NCBI GenBank assembly: GCA_950097015.1
Contig: CATNEN010000014.1
Coordinates: forward strand, 124,001 to 188,000
DNA: 64,000 bases
Source of the DNA: Macrostomum hystrix
Lineage: Eukaryota; Animalia; Platyhelminthes
Direction of reading: 5' to 3'
The notes beneath the pieces were generated by a model. It ran no database searches, was not told the DNA's origin, and was given only the letters and a program-made list of their open reading frames with translations. The translations under genes were made by a program, and so were the position numbers. Positions 25,723-37,568 of the stretch are shown in pieces (position 1 is the first letter of the stretch; every line of letters begins with the position of its first letter).

Positions 25723-28700
25723 TCACTCGCACACCGACTCAAGCATGTCCATTTTAGGCGAGTTTTCGAACAGTGCAGCCCGGTTCTGGTCCTCGGCCTT
25801 CTTTACCCAATGATTATAGACCAGAAAGGCGGTGCTGTCAATTAGGCGTCGCATAGCCCGAACGCTGTACGGATCAGAACGAAGGCGCCGCATGTCCAGA
25901 CGGCTAGGCGCGGCGTGCAGTCGGCTAAGGCGACAGAGGCAGCGTACGGCCAGGATGGCTGAGCGGAATCGGCTGCGCGGCTCGAACAGAAGACGTCGCA
26001 GCTCCTGCGGGGAACGGCAGATTGACTGGCTGAATGACACAGTGAATTGAATGGAATCGAGTGGCAGCCCATAGGGTTGGCTGAATGACACAGTGAATTG
26101 AATGGAACCGAGTGGCAGCCCATAGGGTTGGCTGAATGACACAGTGAATTGAATGGAACCGAGTGGCAGCCCATAGGGTTGGCTGAATGACACAGTGAAT
26201 TGAATGGAACCGAGTGGCAGCCCATAGGGTTGGCTGAATGACACAGTGAATTGAATGGAACCGAGTGGCAGCCCATAGGGTTGGCTGAATGACACAGTGA
26301 ATTGAATGGAACCGAGTGGCAGCCCATAGGGTTGGCTGAATGACACAGTGAATTGAATGGAACCGAGTGGCAGCCCATAGGGTTGGCTGAATGACACAGT
26401 GAATTGAATGGAACCGAGTGGCAGCCCATAGGGTTGGCTGAATGACACAGTGAATTGAATGGAACCGAGTGGCAGCCCATAGGGTTGGCTGAATGACACA
26501 GTGAATTGAATGGAACCGAGTGGCAGCCCATAGGGTTGGCTGAATGACACAGTGAATTGAATGGAACCGAGTGGCAGCCCATAGGGTTGGCTGAATGACA
26601 CAGTGAATTGAATGGAACCGAGTGGCAGCCCATAGGGTTGGCTGAATGACACAGTGAATTGAATGGAACCGAGTGGCAGCAGATTGGGATGGCTGAATGA
26701 CACAGTGAATTGAATGGAACCGAGTGGCAGCAGATTGGGTTGGCTGAATGACACAGTGAATTGAATGGAACCGAGTGGCAGCAGATTGGGATGGCTAGGA
26801 TGGGAGGATGGGACAAACATGATGTAATGAGTAAGTAGATCTTCGACTCTGAAGAGCATTAGAATAATTAGGCTGCCACTATAATTGACGCTGCGCACTT
26901 TTTCCATTTGTTGCTGTGGTTGTGCTACTGGCTGATCCAAGATGACTAGGTTTAATTTCTTCTATCTATCTATCTTTTAGTGCCCAAGAACTTACAAAGC
27001 ATGGCCCAGTAAGATAAGTGAATGTACAATTCATAGCACACCAAGAGCAGTACACATCAGTGTAAGAGAACTACAGCTAAAACGGGATAAATAAACAAAG
27101 TGCTGCCGATTATTCTGATGTGAATCAATGAGTTGGGTAGATACACGGAAATTATCTCAGGGTTAGTTCATTAGTTAACTGCAGACACCAGACAAACAGA
27201 CCATGTGGATGGAAAGTTCGCGGTATTGACATCATTAAATCGTTGATTAAACGGCAAAATGCATAGTGCAAGTTTTAGAGAATTTGCTCTCTGAAAAGAC
27301 CTTGGGTCAAGCAATCAAACAGCTCAGGTCTGTGCAGTAGATGCTGGTAAATCAACATACCACCACAGATGATTTACTGAGAGGTTCTGAAAATTACCTG
27401 ACTGCGAACTCCTGATGGAAGGCCGGGCTCAAGCTTTAAACGTAGGTTAAAAGTGGGTCAATATTTGTACTTAAGTAAGCAACGAAATATGCTAAGATTC
27501 ACAACTTAATAAGCAAAGGTAGATGAACAATTTCACTATGGACTGAATTAAGAACTGAAAATATAAAAGTTTTAGAACTACGAGCTCTCGAAAACTAAAA
27601 TATTCTATCCATTTAGCAAGGAAGACTATGCAAAAACCCACGCAATCATGAACGGAAAGTACCCTCAGAAGTCTGCGGTCCTTTAAACATGCAGACACAC
27701 AGTCTATTTTGTTGAGAAGCAATCGTTTGTTTGGATCTTTAGAAAACCATTATATACATCTGGTACGAGGTTAAGTTAAGTAAGCATTCAAACTATAGAC
27801 TAGGAACAAATGTACACATAAACATAGAATTTAGAGCTCACTTTAAGCAAATAGCAGCCAACTGACCTGTCGGGCAAAAAATGGATGCTGAAGAGCCCCA
27901 GAGGCAGTGGGTCGCTGCGCTGGTTCCACGCGGAGCAGGCTGCGAATGAGATCCTTCGCCGAGTCGGAGATCTCCTCCCACTCAGGGGAGTCGAAGCTGA
28001 ATCGGCCCTCCATGATGAGGCGCAGCATAATCATCTGCTTACGGTGCCAGAAGGGCGGTGAGCCACTTAGCAAGGTGTAAATCAGTACGCCGGATGCCCA
28101 CATGTCCACCGGCCTGCGGTGTGGGTGAACAGACCATTGTAAATTGAGGCGTCCTATGGACCCAACCCAGTACTAGCATCTACATTATTTCTTATATTTA
28201 CAGCTTTATTTCGAAAAGAACCGCTTAATCATAATTTGATGGGAAGTACTCACCTCCCGTAACCCCGCACGGAGGAGCGCTCGTGTCTCTCATACATATT
28301 GACTTTGAGGATTTCCGGACTGAGATAGCTGGGTGTGCCGCAAAGGTCTGTGAGGCTTTGGTCGTCCTCCACTTCGGTAGCGAAGCCGAAGTCAGTCAGC
28401 TTGATGTTCATGGCCTCGTCAAGCAGGATATTCTCAGCTTTGATATCCCTGTGAACAATGCTGCGTCTGTGCAGGAATTGCAGTGCATCCATCAGCTGCT
28501 GCATGATTGTCCGGGTTCTCTTTTCGGACAACCGAACAACCTTATTCAGGTGCTCAAACAGTTCGCCGTTCGGACAACTGCCGGGTTTAAGTTGAATTTG
28601 TTAAATATAAAAATCAGCATGGTGATACAGCTGCGATTAGGAATAGCGCCTGATTGCCAAAAACTGATCAACTGGATCTGGCGAGCAGTTTAGTTTTGTC

Positions 28701-30295
28701 TGTTTCAGGAGCAAATCAAGCAACCAAGTTTAGAACACTATTATTCAAAGAAGATATAAATAAATCTGAGTCTAAACTATCCATGATGTACTCGTAAAGC
28801 GTCAAGGATTATTCCAGCAGCTGTTGCATATACAGGCGGGCTTTCAGGTCAGGAGACTACACCAAGCCTGTTCAGATGAGTACTCGGGTCAGAAGACCCA
28901 ACCAAGTCTTTCATACTTTGTCGGAACTGCTTTTCCTCCATGATTTGCGTCATATTTTACTTTCTTATTGACTGCCCGTCGGTTTTTATCATATTATATC
29001 ATTTCTCCAATCAACCAATAATTCGCTTCCCTGCAATTTCTTATGTTTGGCTTATACAAAGTACATTCATTGAGTTTATATACTCTTTTGATCTGGCCCA
29101 CGCCTTCGCTATTGTTTAATAAAGCTTCACCAAAATTGCTCGTTCTTAAAATCGAAAATACACTAGAAATACTAAGTCTATTTTGTCCAAGCGACAGCCG
29201 TAACCCAGCAGGGTGTGCAAATTCAAAAAGCATAATAGATTATTAAGAAATATTTTTACATTTCAAACACGAAGAACACATAGGCAGCAGTTTCAAAGTA
29301 GCCGTGAAGCAGGATAATGTTCGGGTGGCCCTGGACTTTGCGGAGAACCTCCAGCTCCTTTACGGCATCTGCCATCGCATCATCACTGTTCGAGTCAAGG
29401 TTGTTTAGATCAATCACCTTTACGGCAAATTCCTTTTTAGTAGACTTCTCCACACACTTTCGCACCACGCTACTGAGACCACTGAAAGGCAGCAGGATGA
29501 GTAGGTTATCCGATAAAGCCTTTTCGGTTCATTGAAATAAATTAGCAGAAAATTCGCACACTGCTTTTGGATAGTTGCATAAGAAAAGCTAAGAGTGCAT
29601 AATAAAGTGTAGTTTTAGCTGTCTACAAACGCAAAAAGATATAAAAATGTAAATTTTATTCATATTGTATACTGTATACTATATCCAAAAACTGATCATC
29701 AATGGTCGATGGACTGTTTTTGAAAAACTTTTATCGACCCTCTGAACCCACTTAAATCGATATCTGAAAAACGAATCATGTTATGGACCTTAAAATTTTA
29801 AATTAACTTGGTTAGGTTTATGTACTTCTCGCGTTTGCTTTGACCCCTTATAATAATAAAAATAATTGCAGGAGGGCTGCGAGCAATGTCACATCATTTC
29901 TTGACACAAGACTCGCAGCCAGGGAGGAGCCAATTCTGCATGTGAGCCAATGAGCACACGCACACATACCGTTTGCAGGCTCACGCTCTTCATACACTCA
30001 CACCCTAGGTGTGTACATCTGCTCTGACGTTCTCGTATCAACTTTACTGTGTCTCAAAGGTGCTTTCAAAAATGACAAGCCCCCAATCCTTCTCTGGCAG
30101 CACTCCAAATAAATGTGGCCTCGCCATGGGCTGTTTGGTACGAAACATTTTACATGAAAAGATGAAAATAACACTCATCAAGCAGAGAAGCTCCGATACT
30201 TACTGGCCCAGAACCTCCTTGGGTTCATATTGGCTGTAGAATTGATTGGTGTTTCCACTGTCATCACCAGTGCTATTTGCATAGTCAATAGTCAT
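25723..30295 (-). CDS. PHKG: Phosphorylase kinase catalytic gamma subunit, 388 aa; exons 30295-30204, 29481-29260, 28577-28254, 28113-27867, 26004-25723
   Basis: Phase-consistent GT-AG model (1167 nt): YEPKEVLG, SSVVRKC, GHPNII, HRDIKAENILLD, CGTPSYLSPE, PFWHRKQMIMLR, and the calmodulin-binding tail DPYSVRAMRRLID..WVKK..QNRAALFEN. Confidence 0.95.
26028..26792. repeat. 51-bp tandem repeat, 15 copies, in the last PHKG intron
   Basis: Unit GGCTGAATGACACAGTGAATTGAATGGAACCGAGTGGCAGCCCATAGGGTT; the last three units carry a variant end. Confidence 0.95.
29851..30129 (-). mobile_element. 5'-truncated SINE (same family as 61483-61851) in PHKG intron 1
   Basis: Shares TAATAA..TTGCAGGAGGGCTGC and CCAAATAAATGTGGCCTCGCCATGG with 61483-61790, but lacks the tRNA-like head. 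Confidence 0.75.
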
Positions 30296-31033
30296 TGCAT
30301 GGCTGAAAGTGATAGCGATTATTTGTACTTAAGCCTTCTTCTTAACATTTTAACTCATGTAATTAGCACTGTCAACTATATTTCAGCAGTGGAATTAATG
30401 GCTTAGTCCAAATAACATTTAAATACATTAAAAATAAAAAAGTATAGTAAAAATGGTTTTAATTAGTAGTCTAATGTATTACATATAAGATTACCAACTT
30501 ATAGTTATAGTCATTAGTTTGTAAGCAAAATTTTTAGCCTTGTATATAAAACTTACAAAATATGATACATTGTCAGATTTTTTGTTAAGAAAACAGGGCT
30601 AATTTAAAAACTCCTTTACAAGTAGACAACAGTTAAGACCTACTAGATACCAAGGTGAGACTAGTCTCAAGTACAAATTTAAACCCAATATTATCTAATA
30701 CAAATGTTATGTATATATAAGTACATATAATAGCTTCATTTAGTTGTGTGTGGCAATGTGTGAAATGATAGGCCCTAACAAGTTTAATGATCTTCAAAAT
30801 GGATGACAAAAGTATTATAAGATGATGAAGTTGTAAGATGAAAAGTGTCTAGGATCCAAAGGCCTAGTCAATTTGCTTACACATAACTTCATAAGTTTCG
30901 CTGTGATTTCAACATACAAAAATCTGAGAGTTGTGGCTTATTTTTGTAGACTAGTTAGTTAGTTAATAGTAAGTCGACGAAAGTTGTTAGTTGGCTTTAG
31001 GCAAGATGCCTATTTGCCAATCATTGACGGCTA

Positions 31034-31630
31034 TATTTAATGGTTTGATTATTCGTCCGGTTAACCGGACAAATAGCGTTTGATAATTTGTCCGGTTAAA
31101 TTAAAACCAAAACTTTAAGTTTTCGGTGTTGACTATATCTCCTGCATCTTGCTATACTGAGTAAATTTGACATTTTAAAAGCCTTAAGTTTTGAAGGGAA
31201 TCAGATTCAAGGACCACTGTAGTTGTATAGGCCTAACTATTTATTTATTAATTAAATATTTATTTACAATCTACTATTTATTAAATAAATAAATAAGTAT
31301 ATTAAGAGGCAATATATTAAGATATATATATAAACGAAGACAGTTGTTCCTTGATCCAGGCTTTGGTCTGTCGGCAACCTAAAATTATATATAGATAGCA
31401 TATAGATCAATTGCCCTTTTAGTTAGATAGGTTAGCTTTTAGTTTCCTAATTTGCCAGGGACTCAGCTAACTCAACAATGGATTTATATGATAAACATTT
31501 CTAAGAAACGATGCCTACATGAATTTTACCACCACTTTGACATCAGTGGTTGACAGCAAAGTCACTGTAAACCGGTTAACCGGACGAATAATCAAACGGC
31601 TATTTGTCCGGTTAACCGGACGAATAACAA
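31034..31630. repeat. Inverted-repeat (MITE-like) segment carrying GTCCGGTTAACCGGAC palindromes
   Basis: Full palindromes at 31055-31070 and 31606-31621, partial ones at 31090 and 31571; flanking TTTGATTATTC / GAATAATCAAA are inverted. Confidence 0.55.
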
Positions 31631-32546
31631 CTACCATATATACTGATTTGATGAGTTAGTTAGGCCTAATAAACATTATAACACAAAAAATAACTTAATA
31701 TAGGCCTAATAATAACTACGCGATTGGTAGTTTTCTTAACAACAATTGGAATAGAAATTGGAATAGAAAGAATAGAAATAGAAAGGATGTATGAAGAAGG
31801 ATAAGCCTAGCTACATATTAGCTATGGCTATAGCTAAATAAAGGATAGCTAGGCCTAGCCGCCTGTTGCCCAACACTGGGCCTATTGTATAGCAATATAA
31901 AATAATAATAACGGGCTTGATTCGTTGTATGTAACATGTCTGTTCCCCTAACTCGTACTCGCGCCTTATTCGTTCATCTGTTCTGTTCTAATTAATATTC
32001 TGAATATTTTGAAGGTACTTGTTTCGCACTATTTGAAGTAAAACGCGCGCGCATGCACACTCTCGAAGGATTAACCTCTGAGTAGCCGTGAAGCTAAATC
32101 GTCAGGACTAAATTAATATTATTAAAATTGTGAAAACCAAATAAGAAGCTTTATGTCATGAAACTGACTCGAAATTTTCTTAAGAAGAGCATAGAAGCGC
32201 GATTAATTAAAGCACAGACGTGAGTAAAGTTGGAATAAATAATCCTTGTAGCGTAATTTCGGTGACAGAATTGTGACGGCGTAGTAGTCGTAATTTTTTG
32301 TCTCCTACGTTATTCAGCCAAGCAAACTTATATTAAAGTCGTATCATACGCTCGTATGCTTTGCAGTGTTGTACCTATCCAAGCGCCATCAAACTTACAT
32401 GTAGTTATTCACCCAGTTATTATGTATTGTGTTTTTATTAAATAGCACTTATTAGCGCTGTATGTATGACATTAAAACGCTTTTAAACGCAGTTTCTCCA
32501 TGCCATCTATTCTCTCTCTTACGGCTAGGCTAGTCCTTGAGTGCTA

Positions 32547-34678
32547 CACCATTTTACCATCAATTTTGAACAACGAAAACTTCAATAGTGACAAACTCGG
32601 ACGATTCAAATTCGACAGTTAACGGCAAGGCACGTCAAAGCTACATTCAATTTTGACACAGTCAACTTCAATTTTGAGAAGGTCCGATTTAGCCAATGCG
32701 CGAGCCAAATCCTCACTCCTTAAGTTGTCTAAAACTCTGATTCAATTTTGACACTGCGAACGACAAAAGTTACACTCCATGGTAAATTCTCCTGAATATC
32801 CGCTTTAATTTTATCAACTCCACTTCAATATAGACAGTCTACGTCCAATCTTGACGGACTTTTCATGACTATACAGTACATGAACCATCGGGAGCTTTTG
32901 CCATAAACGAAATGGTCTTCTTGTCCAGGGTAAAAGTAAGATGAGAGCCTTCTCTTCTCCGTGTCACTCTCTAGTTTAATCCGCCACCTTGACTCGCTTC
33001 CGTTCCGTCCTTATTTTTATATTCCATAACTTAGAAAATGTAAATGATCGACGAGGACGCGGAATCGTTTCTGGAAGAAGAAGGTACGGAGTCAACCGAC
33101 GATCCGATTGACGAAGAGCAGCAGCCGGAACAAAGAAGAAACCAGTCAGTTTCTGTTCAGGACCGACAGCGCCTAATTACAGCTCATGAGAACGCAGAGG
33201 ACTTCGTACACCTTGCGATCCAACTGGGGATAAAGAGGACGACTGCTAGCTTATACCATTGTTCGGACCGGCAGAGCTGAGAATAAAGCAAAGGGAGGTG
33301 CGAAGCATTCAAAGTGGGACAAAGAAATGCAACGCTTTCTGTGCGCAATCGTCCAGCACAACCCCCTGCTTACGCTGTCGCAGATGAACGGCATGTTGCG
33401 CAACAGATACCCAAGCAAGCCGCACGTCTCGGACAAGACCATTAGCATCAAGCTTGACGGTGCTCTGTATACAACCAAACTGGTTCGCGACACACCGGCT
33501 GAGAGAAACTCGGTTACTACGATTGAGACCCGATGCCAGTTTGCAGAGTGGCTGTGCTCTGAGGAGACCCTGGAGATGGAGAAGATCTTTATTGATGAGT
33601 TCGGATTCAACACCAGGATGCGCCGCTCAATGGGCCGGTCCCAGAAAGGCCAACGCGCTTACAGAGTGGTTTCTGGGCAGAAGGGGCAGCGCGTGACGGT
33701 TTGCTTGGCTGTCAGCCCGACTCTTGGTGTCGTGCACTATCACACCTACGAGAAGGGCATGACAAAGGAGCGATTTGGCGAATTTGTGAGCATCACAATC
33801 GCCAACTTCCAGCAGGTGCACCCGGACCGGCGATGCAGCATTGTGATTGACAACGTCAGCAGTCACAATGACGCTGAAGTCTTCGAACTTCCGGGTCTGA
33901 TCGAGATCAAGCGACTGCCAGTCTACAGCCCATTCTTGACTCCGGTAGAGAACGCCATCTCTTGCTGGAAGGCAGCTCTGAAGCAGCGTTTGGCTCGGAT
34001 CCAAGCTGACTTCATCCAGCCCACAGCAGAGCAGCTCGCAGGGCGGACACTGGTGGCCTACAGACGTGACATCCTGTTCCGTGAAGTGGACTACACAGTC
34101 AATAGCGTCTCGGCCGAGAAGTGCGCGCACTGGTTCAACCTGTGCTATTCGTACGATCCACGCTGCCTGGCCTCAGAGCCGGTTGAGGGCTAGAGGCAAT
34201 GAGGGACTTAATGACCTAAAAAGACTGTTTTCAATGCACCATCTGTTCGGACCCGTTCTACGTTAAATGAATGTTAACTGGTGTTTTTAATGAAGGCTTT
34301 AAGTGAGGAAATGGGACGAATATATCCATCAGATGTTACGCTCCACCGACCACCTTTCTGTCTTACCAGTCCGTCGAAATTGGATGTAGACTGTCTATAT
34401 TGAAGTGGAGTTGATAAAATTGAAGCGGATATTCAGGAGAATTTACCATAGAGTGTAACTTTTGTCGTTCGCAGTGTCAAAATTGAATCAGAGTATTAGA
34501 CAACTTAAGGAGTGAGGATTTGGCTCGCGCATTGGCTAAATCGGACCTTTTCAAAATTGAAGTTGACTGTGTCAAAATTGAATGTAGCTTTGACGTGCCT
34601 TGCCGTTAACTGTCGAATTTGAATCGGGGTTTGTCACTATTGAAGTTTTCGTTGTTCAAAATTGATGGTAAAATGGTG
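32547..34678 (+). mobile_element. Tc1/IS630-like DNA transposon, 2,132 bp, with long TIRs
   Basis: TIRs 32547-32860 and 34368-34678 are near-identical; TA duplication at 32545-32546 and 34679-34680; central transposase. Confidence 0.93.
33044..34193 (+). pseudogene. DDE transposase (about 381 aa when repaired), interrupted by one 4-bp insertion at ~33248-33251
   Basis: HTH region, FIDEFG, VIDNVSSH, YSPFLTPVE. Removing AGCT joins ORF 33044 to ORF 33327 in frame. Confidence 0.88.
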
Positions 34679-35518
34679 TAGTGCTGAGCGCTGCTACACA
34701 AACCAGTAGCTTGATATAATTAAATAAATTCGTAACAAATATAATCTGTCTTCGATTAATCGAAGAGCATCTAAACTCGACTAAATGCTTGTAATGATAC
34801 CGTTACATACTCGAATTTAACTTCGTCACAGAAGATTGAACAAAATATCAGCTTTGAAAACTAAAAAATAGTTGGGTTATACACATTGCAAAAGAGAATA
34901 TTATGAATAATGAATAATAAAAGACACTATGTTTGTAATTCGTTGACTGAACAGTAGACTAGCTGCTTATGTTTTAGTATAAAAATGAATAAATGTAAAA
35001 ATTATAAAGTTTCAGTAAGACAAAATGCAACAAAAGCGCATGCAGAAGAATGGATGAACATTAAAAGAGGAAAAAAATAACAAGGACGTCTAGAATGCTA
35101 CAGCATTTTGATAAATAAACGTCCTTAATAAATAGGTTCGCCGGTTAAAAAAGACAGACCAAACTATAGTGAGGCGCGACAGGGGTAGGTGGTAAAACTA
35201 AACGAAAAACGAAAAGGTAAAACTAATCGAATAACTGAAACAGGGAGTTCATAATTTACTCATCCTGATGTCACAACGAGACGTTAGGTGGCTAATGTTT
35301 TATTATGGTTCCATGCCATTCCTGCGTCCCTTCGCCAATGACACACCCTGCGTGACCTTGACCAAAATATTTCTGTCGTAAATTATCTTTTGCCTCCTTT
35401 TTGCTGTAAAAATGCGCACCAACTCCCTTCTTTTTGTGTGATTTACGACATCTCGAATGGCGCACATAGTAAAAAATCATCTCTTATTTTTAGATTGCAC
35501 ATCCACCTCATCCCTCCT

Positions 35519-35731
35519 TCATTCTCTTGCTCTTTCCATCATAAATAAATTTGCTACGTAATCGCGCAGCCTCCCTCTATAGTTATAAATCATCCCCGTT
35601 CCCAGTCCCCGCGCATCCACCCCACTGCCCTCCCGACTAATCACCGATCGGCAGGCCAGGCACGTGATCTGACTGTGTCCAGCATCTCGGTCAAAGACAG
35701 ACTCAAAGTCGAGCTGATCATGCGATAACAC
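35519..35731 (-). pseudogene. Possible BED-finger remnant of a hAT transposase
   Basis: ITCLACRSVISREG...LGTGMIYN resembles CxxC..ISRG...GT..L; no termini found. Confidence 0.3.
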
Positions 35732-37568
35732 GGCATGAGTGCGTGACTCTGGGCTCTATATACGGTGCGGTGCCACCACCCGAATACTTTTGGCGCTCTC
35801 GTCATCACCGGTTTTTAGGCACCGTCGCTGCGCCGCCGTACGTCGCACCACTTTTGCCAAGAGTCGCGTCGCCGCGATTTATTATTATTATTATTATTCT
35901 TTTTACAAGCGTAATTCACACATTCATCACATGACTATAATATAATTATTCTTATTTTCATTTTTGTAAAATATGCGCACTTAAAAGAGATGCTGATTTT
36001 TGTAGTTTTTTTTATCGAAACTACGAGTAACAACTGATCGAAGCTCAGCTCATGCTGCGGCTGCCTCACGTAAAAAGGGTCGAATTGAGTTTGCAAAAAC
36101 TTACATTAGCCATCTCCGTTTGATATGATTGGTTTTGAGAAGCCATATTGCATTTTCAAACAAAAAACTACACGAGAACATATTACTGAAGTAAAGCGAG
36201 AAAAGGGTGCTGCGATTCGGTATTTACAGACGACTTTGCTAGAATAACCAAAAATCGCTTAGCTCATAGCAGCGACCTTCATGAAGCTGCAGTGTATTTA
36301 AAACTGTTCGTGGCACTGCGTCTGTCAGTAGATGCCAGTTTTAAGGATAACACAAGGAGCTCCCGGACAGTACGGCTAACGCTCTGCTGAAGTTGCTTCA
36401 ACAGAAATCCATTACGAAACGAGATTTCGGAAAGCGCAGAGTTTGCGCTGTTAAACGGGGAACTGCTTCTCATCGGTGCAGAAGCAGAGGAAAGAAAACA
36501 TGGGCCAACAAAAAATACAAAAGTAAAGAAATCCAGGAAAAATAAAAAACAAATGGCTTACATAGGACTACGAATCTGTTAACAAAGTGTAGACAGAAAC
36601 GAGCGCATTTTAAGCAACATATTTTTCAATGCTTGACATAAGCTTCACAATCATTCAGCCGTCGCATATATACAATGGATATTGTAAACTTTGCATTGAA
36701 GATGTAAATATATGCGTGGTTGCAAGCAAGAACTGCCGGTTAAAAAGTCATTAAATTCGTATTGTGGGGCAAAATATTTGCTCAATACTATAGACACCAA
36801 AATCAAAGCAAAAAACAGCAAACTGACGCCACACTGACCGCTTAAAAAGCTTAAATGTTCAAACTCGGTTAACCAGAGGATAGGATACAGAATTTTAGTA
36901 TTCCACAAGGAAACGAGACCTTGGAACGTTAAACTTCAGTCGCATCGGTTTTCACTCAAAAAACATAGGCAAATCCAGAATGTGATAGAGAAGTTCCAGT
37001 ATATTAATAAATTACAAAAATATATATATAATTAGTGAAACAAACCACTTAAAGCACTCGCAGCACAGCAAAATATTGTGAATATATTTTATGTCAATTC
37101 AAAGTTTATAAACTAACTGTTAGATGAACAAGTTCACCGACTTGCCATAGAAATGAAAATCAAGCGAATTGGGACAGGGTAGTGAAAATAACGAGATCTA
37201 CCTTAGAGGCAACAGGGGAAGCATCAGATAAACACAGAAATTGACCTCAGCTGCCAGGTCCAACTCAATCGAACCCAACCAAAAATCTGCGTTTGTCCAT
37301 GTACTCTTTGTAGTATAATCCTGTTTGTACATGTGATGCGACAGACACTGGTTTCACAGTGTCAATAGTTATATCTATATCGAGATCTATTATTTTAACA
37401 GCATGAAATTTACTAATGACACATAAGTCCAAGCGTTAGTTTTCAAGGCTTAGTACCCCAAATCCCTTACGAAACGCACACCAAAAGCTCAAACGTGAGG
37501 CTCCAGAGACAGAGAAAAATATTTGCGAGATAAAGAATACGTCCTGAATTTTTAACGTGAACAAGGCG

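Noticed and set aside
26028-26792. CRISPR-like regular array
   Set aside because: Units are tandem-identical with no unique spacers, the context is eukaryotic, and there are no cas genes.
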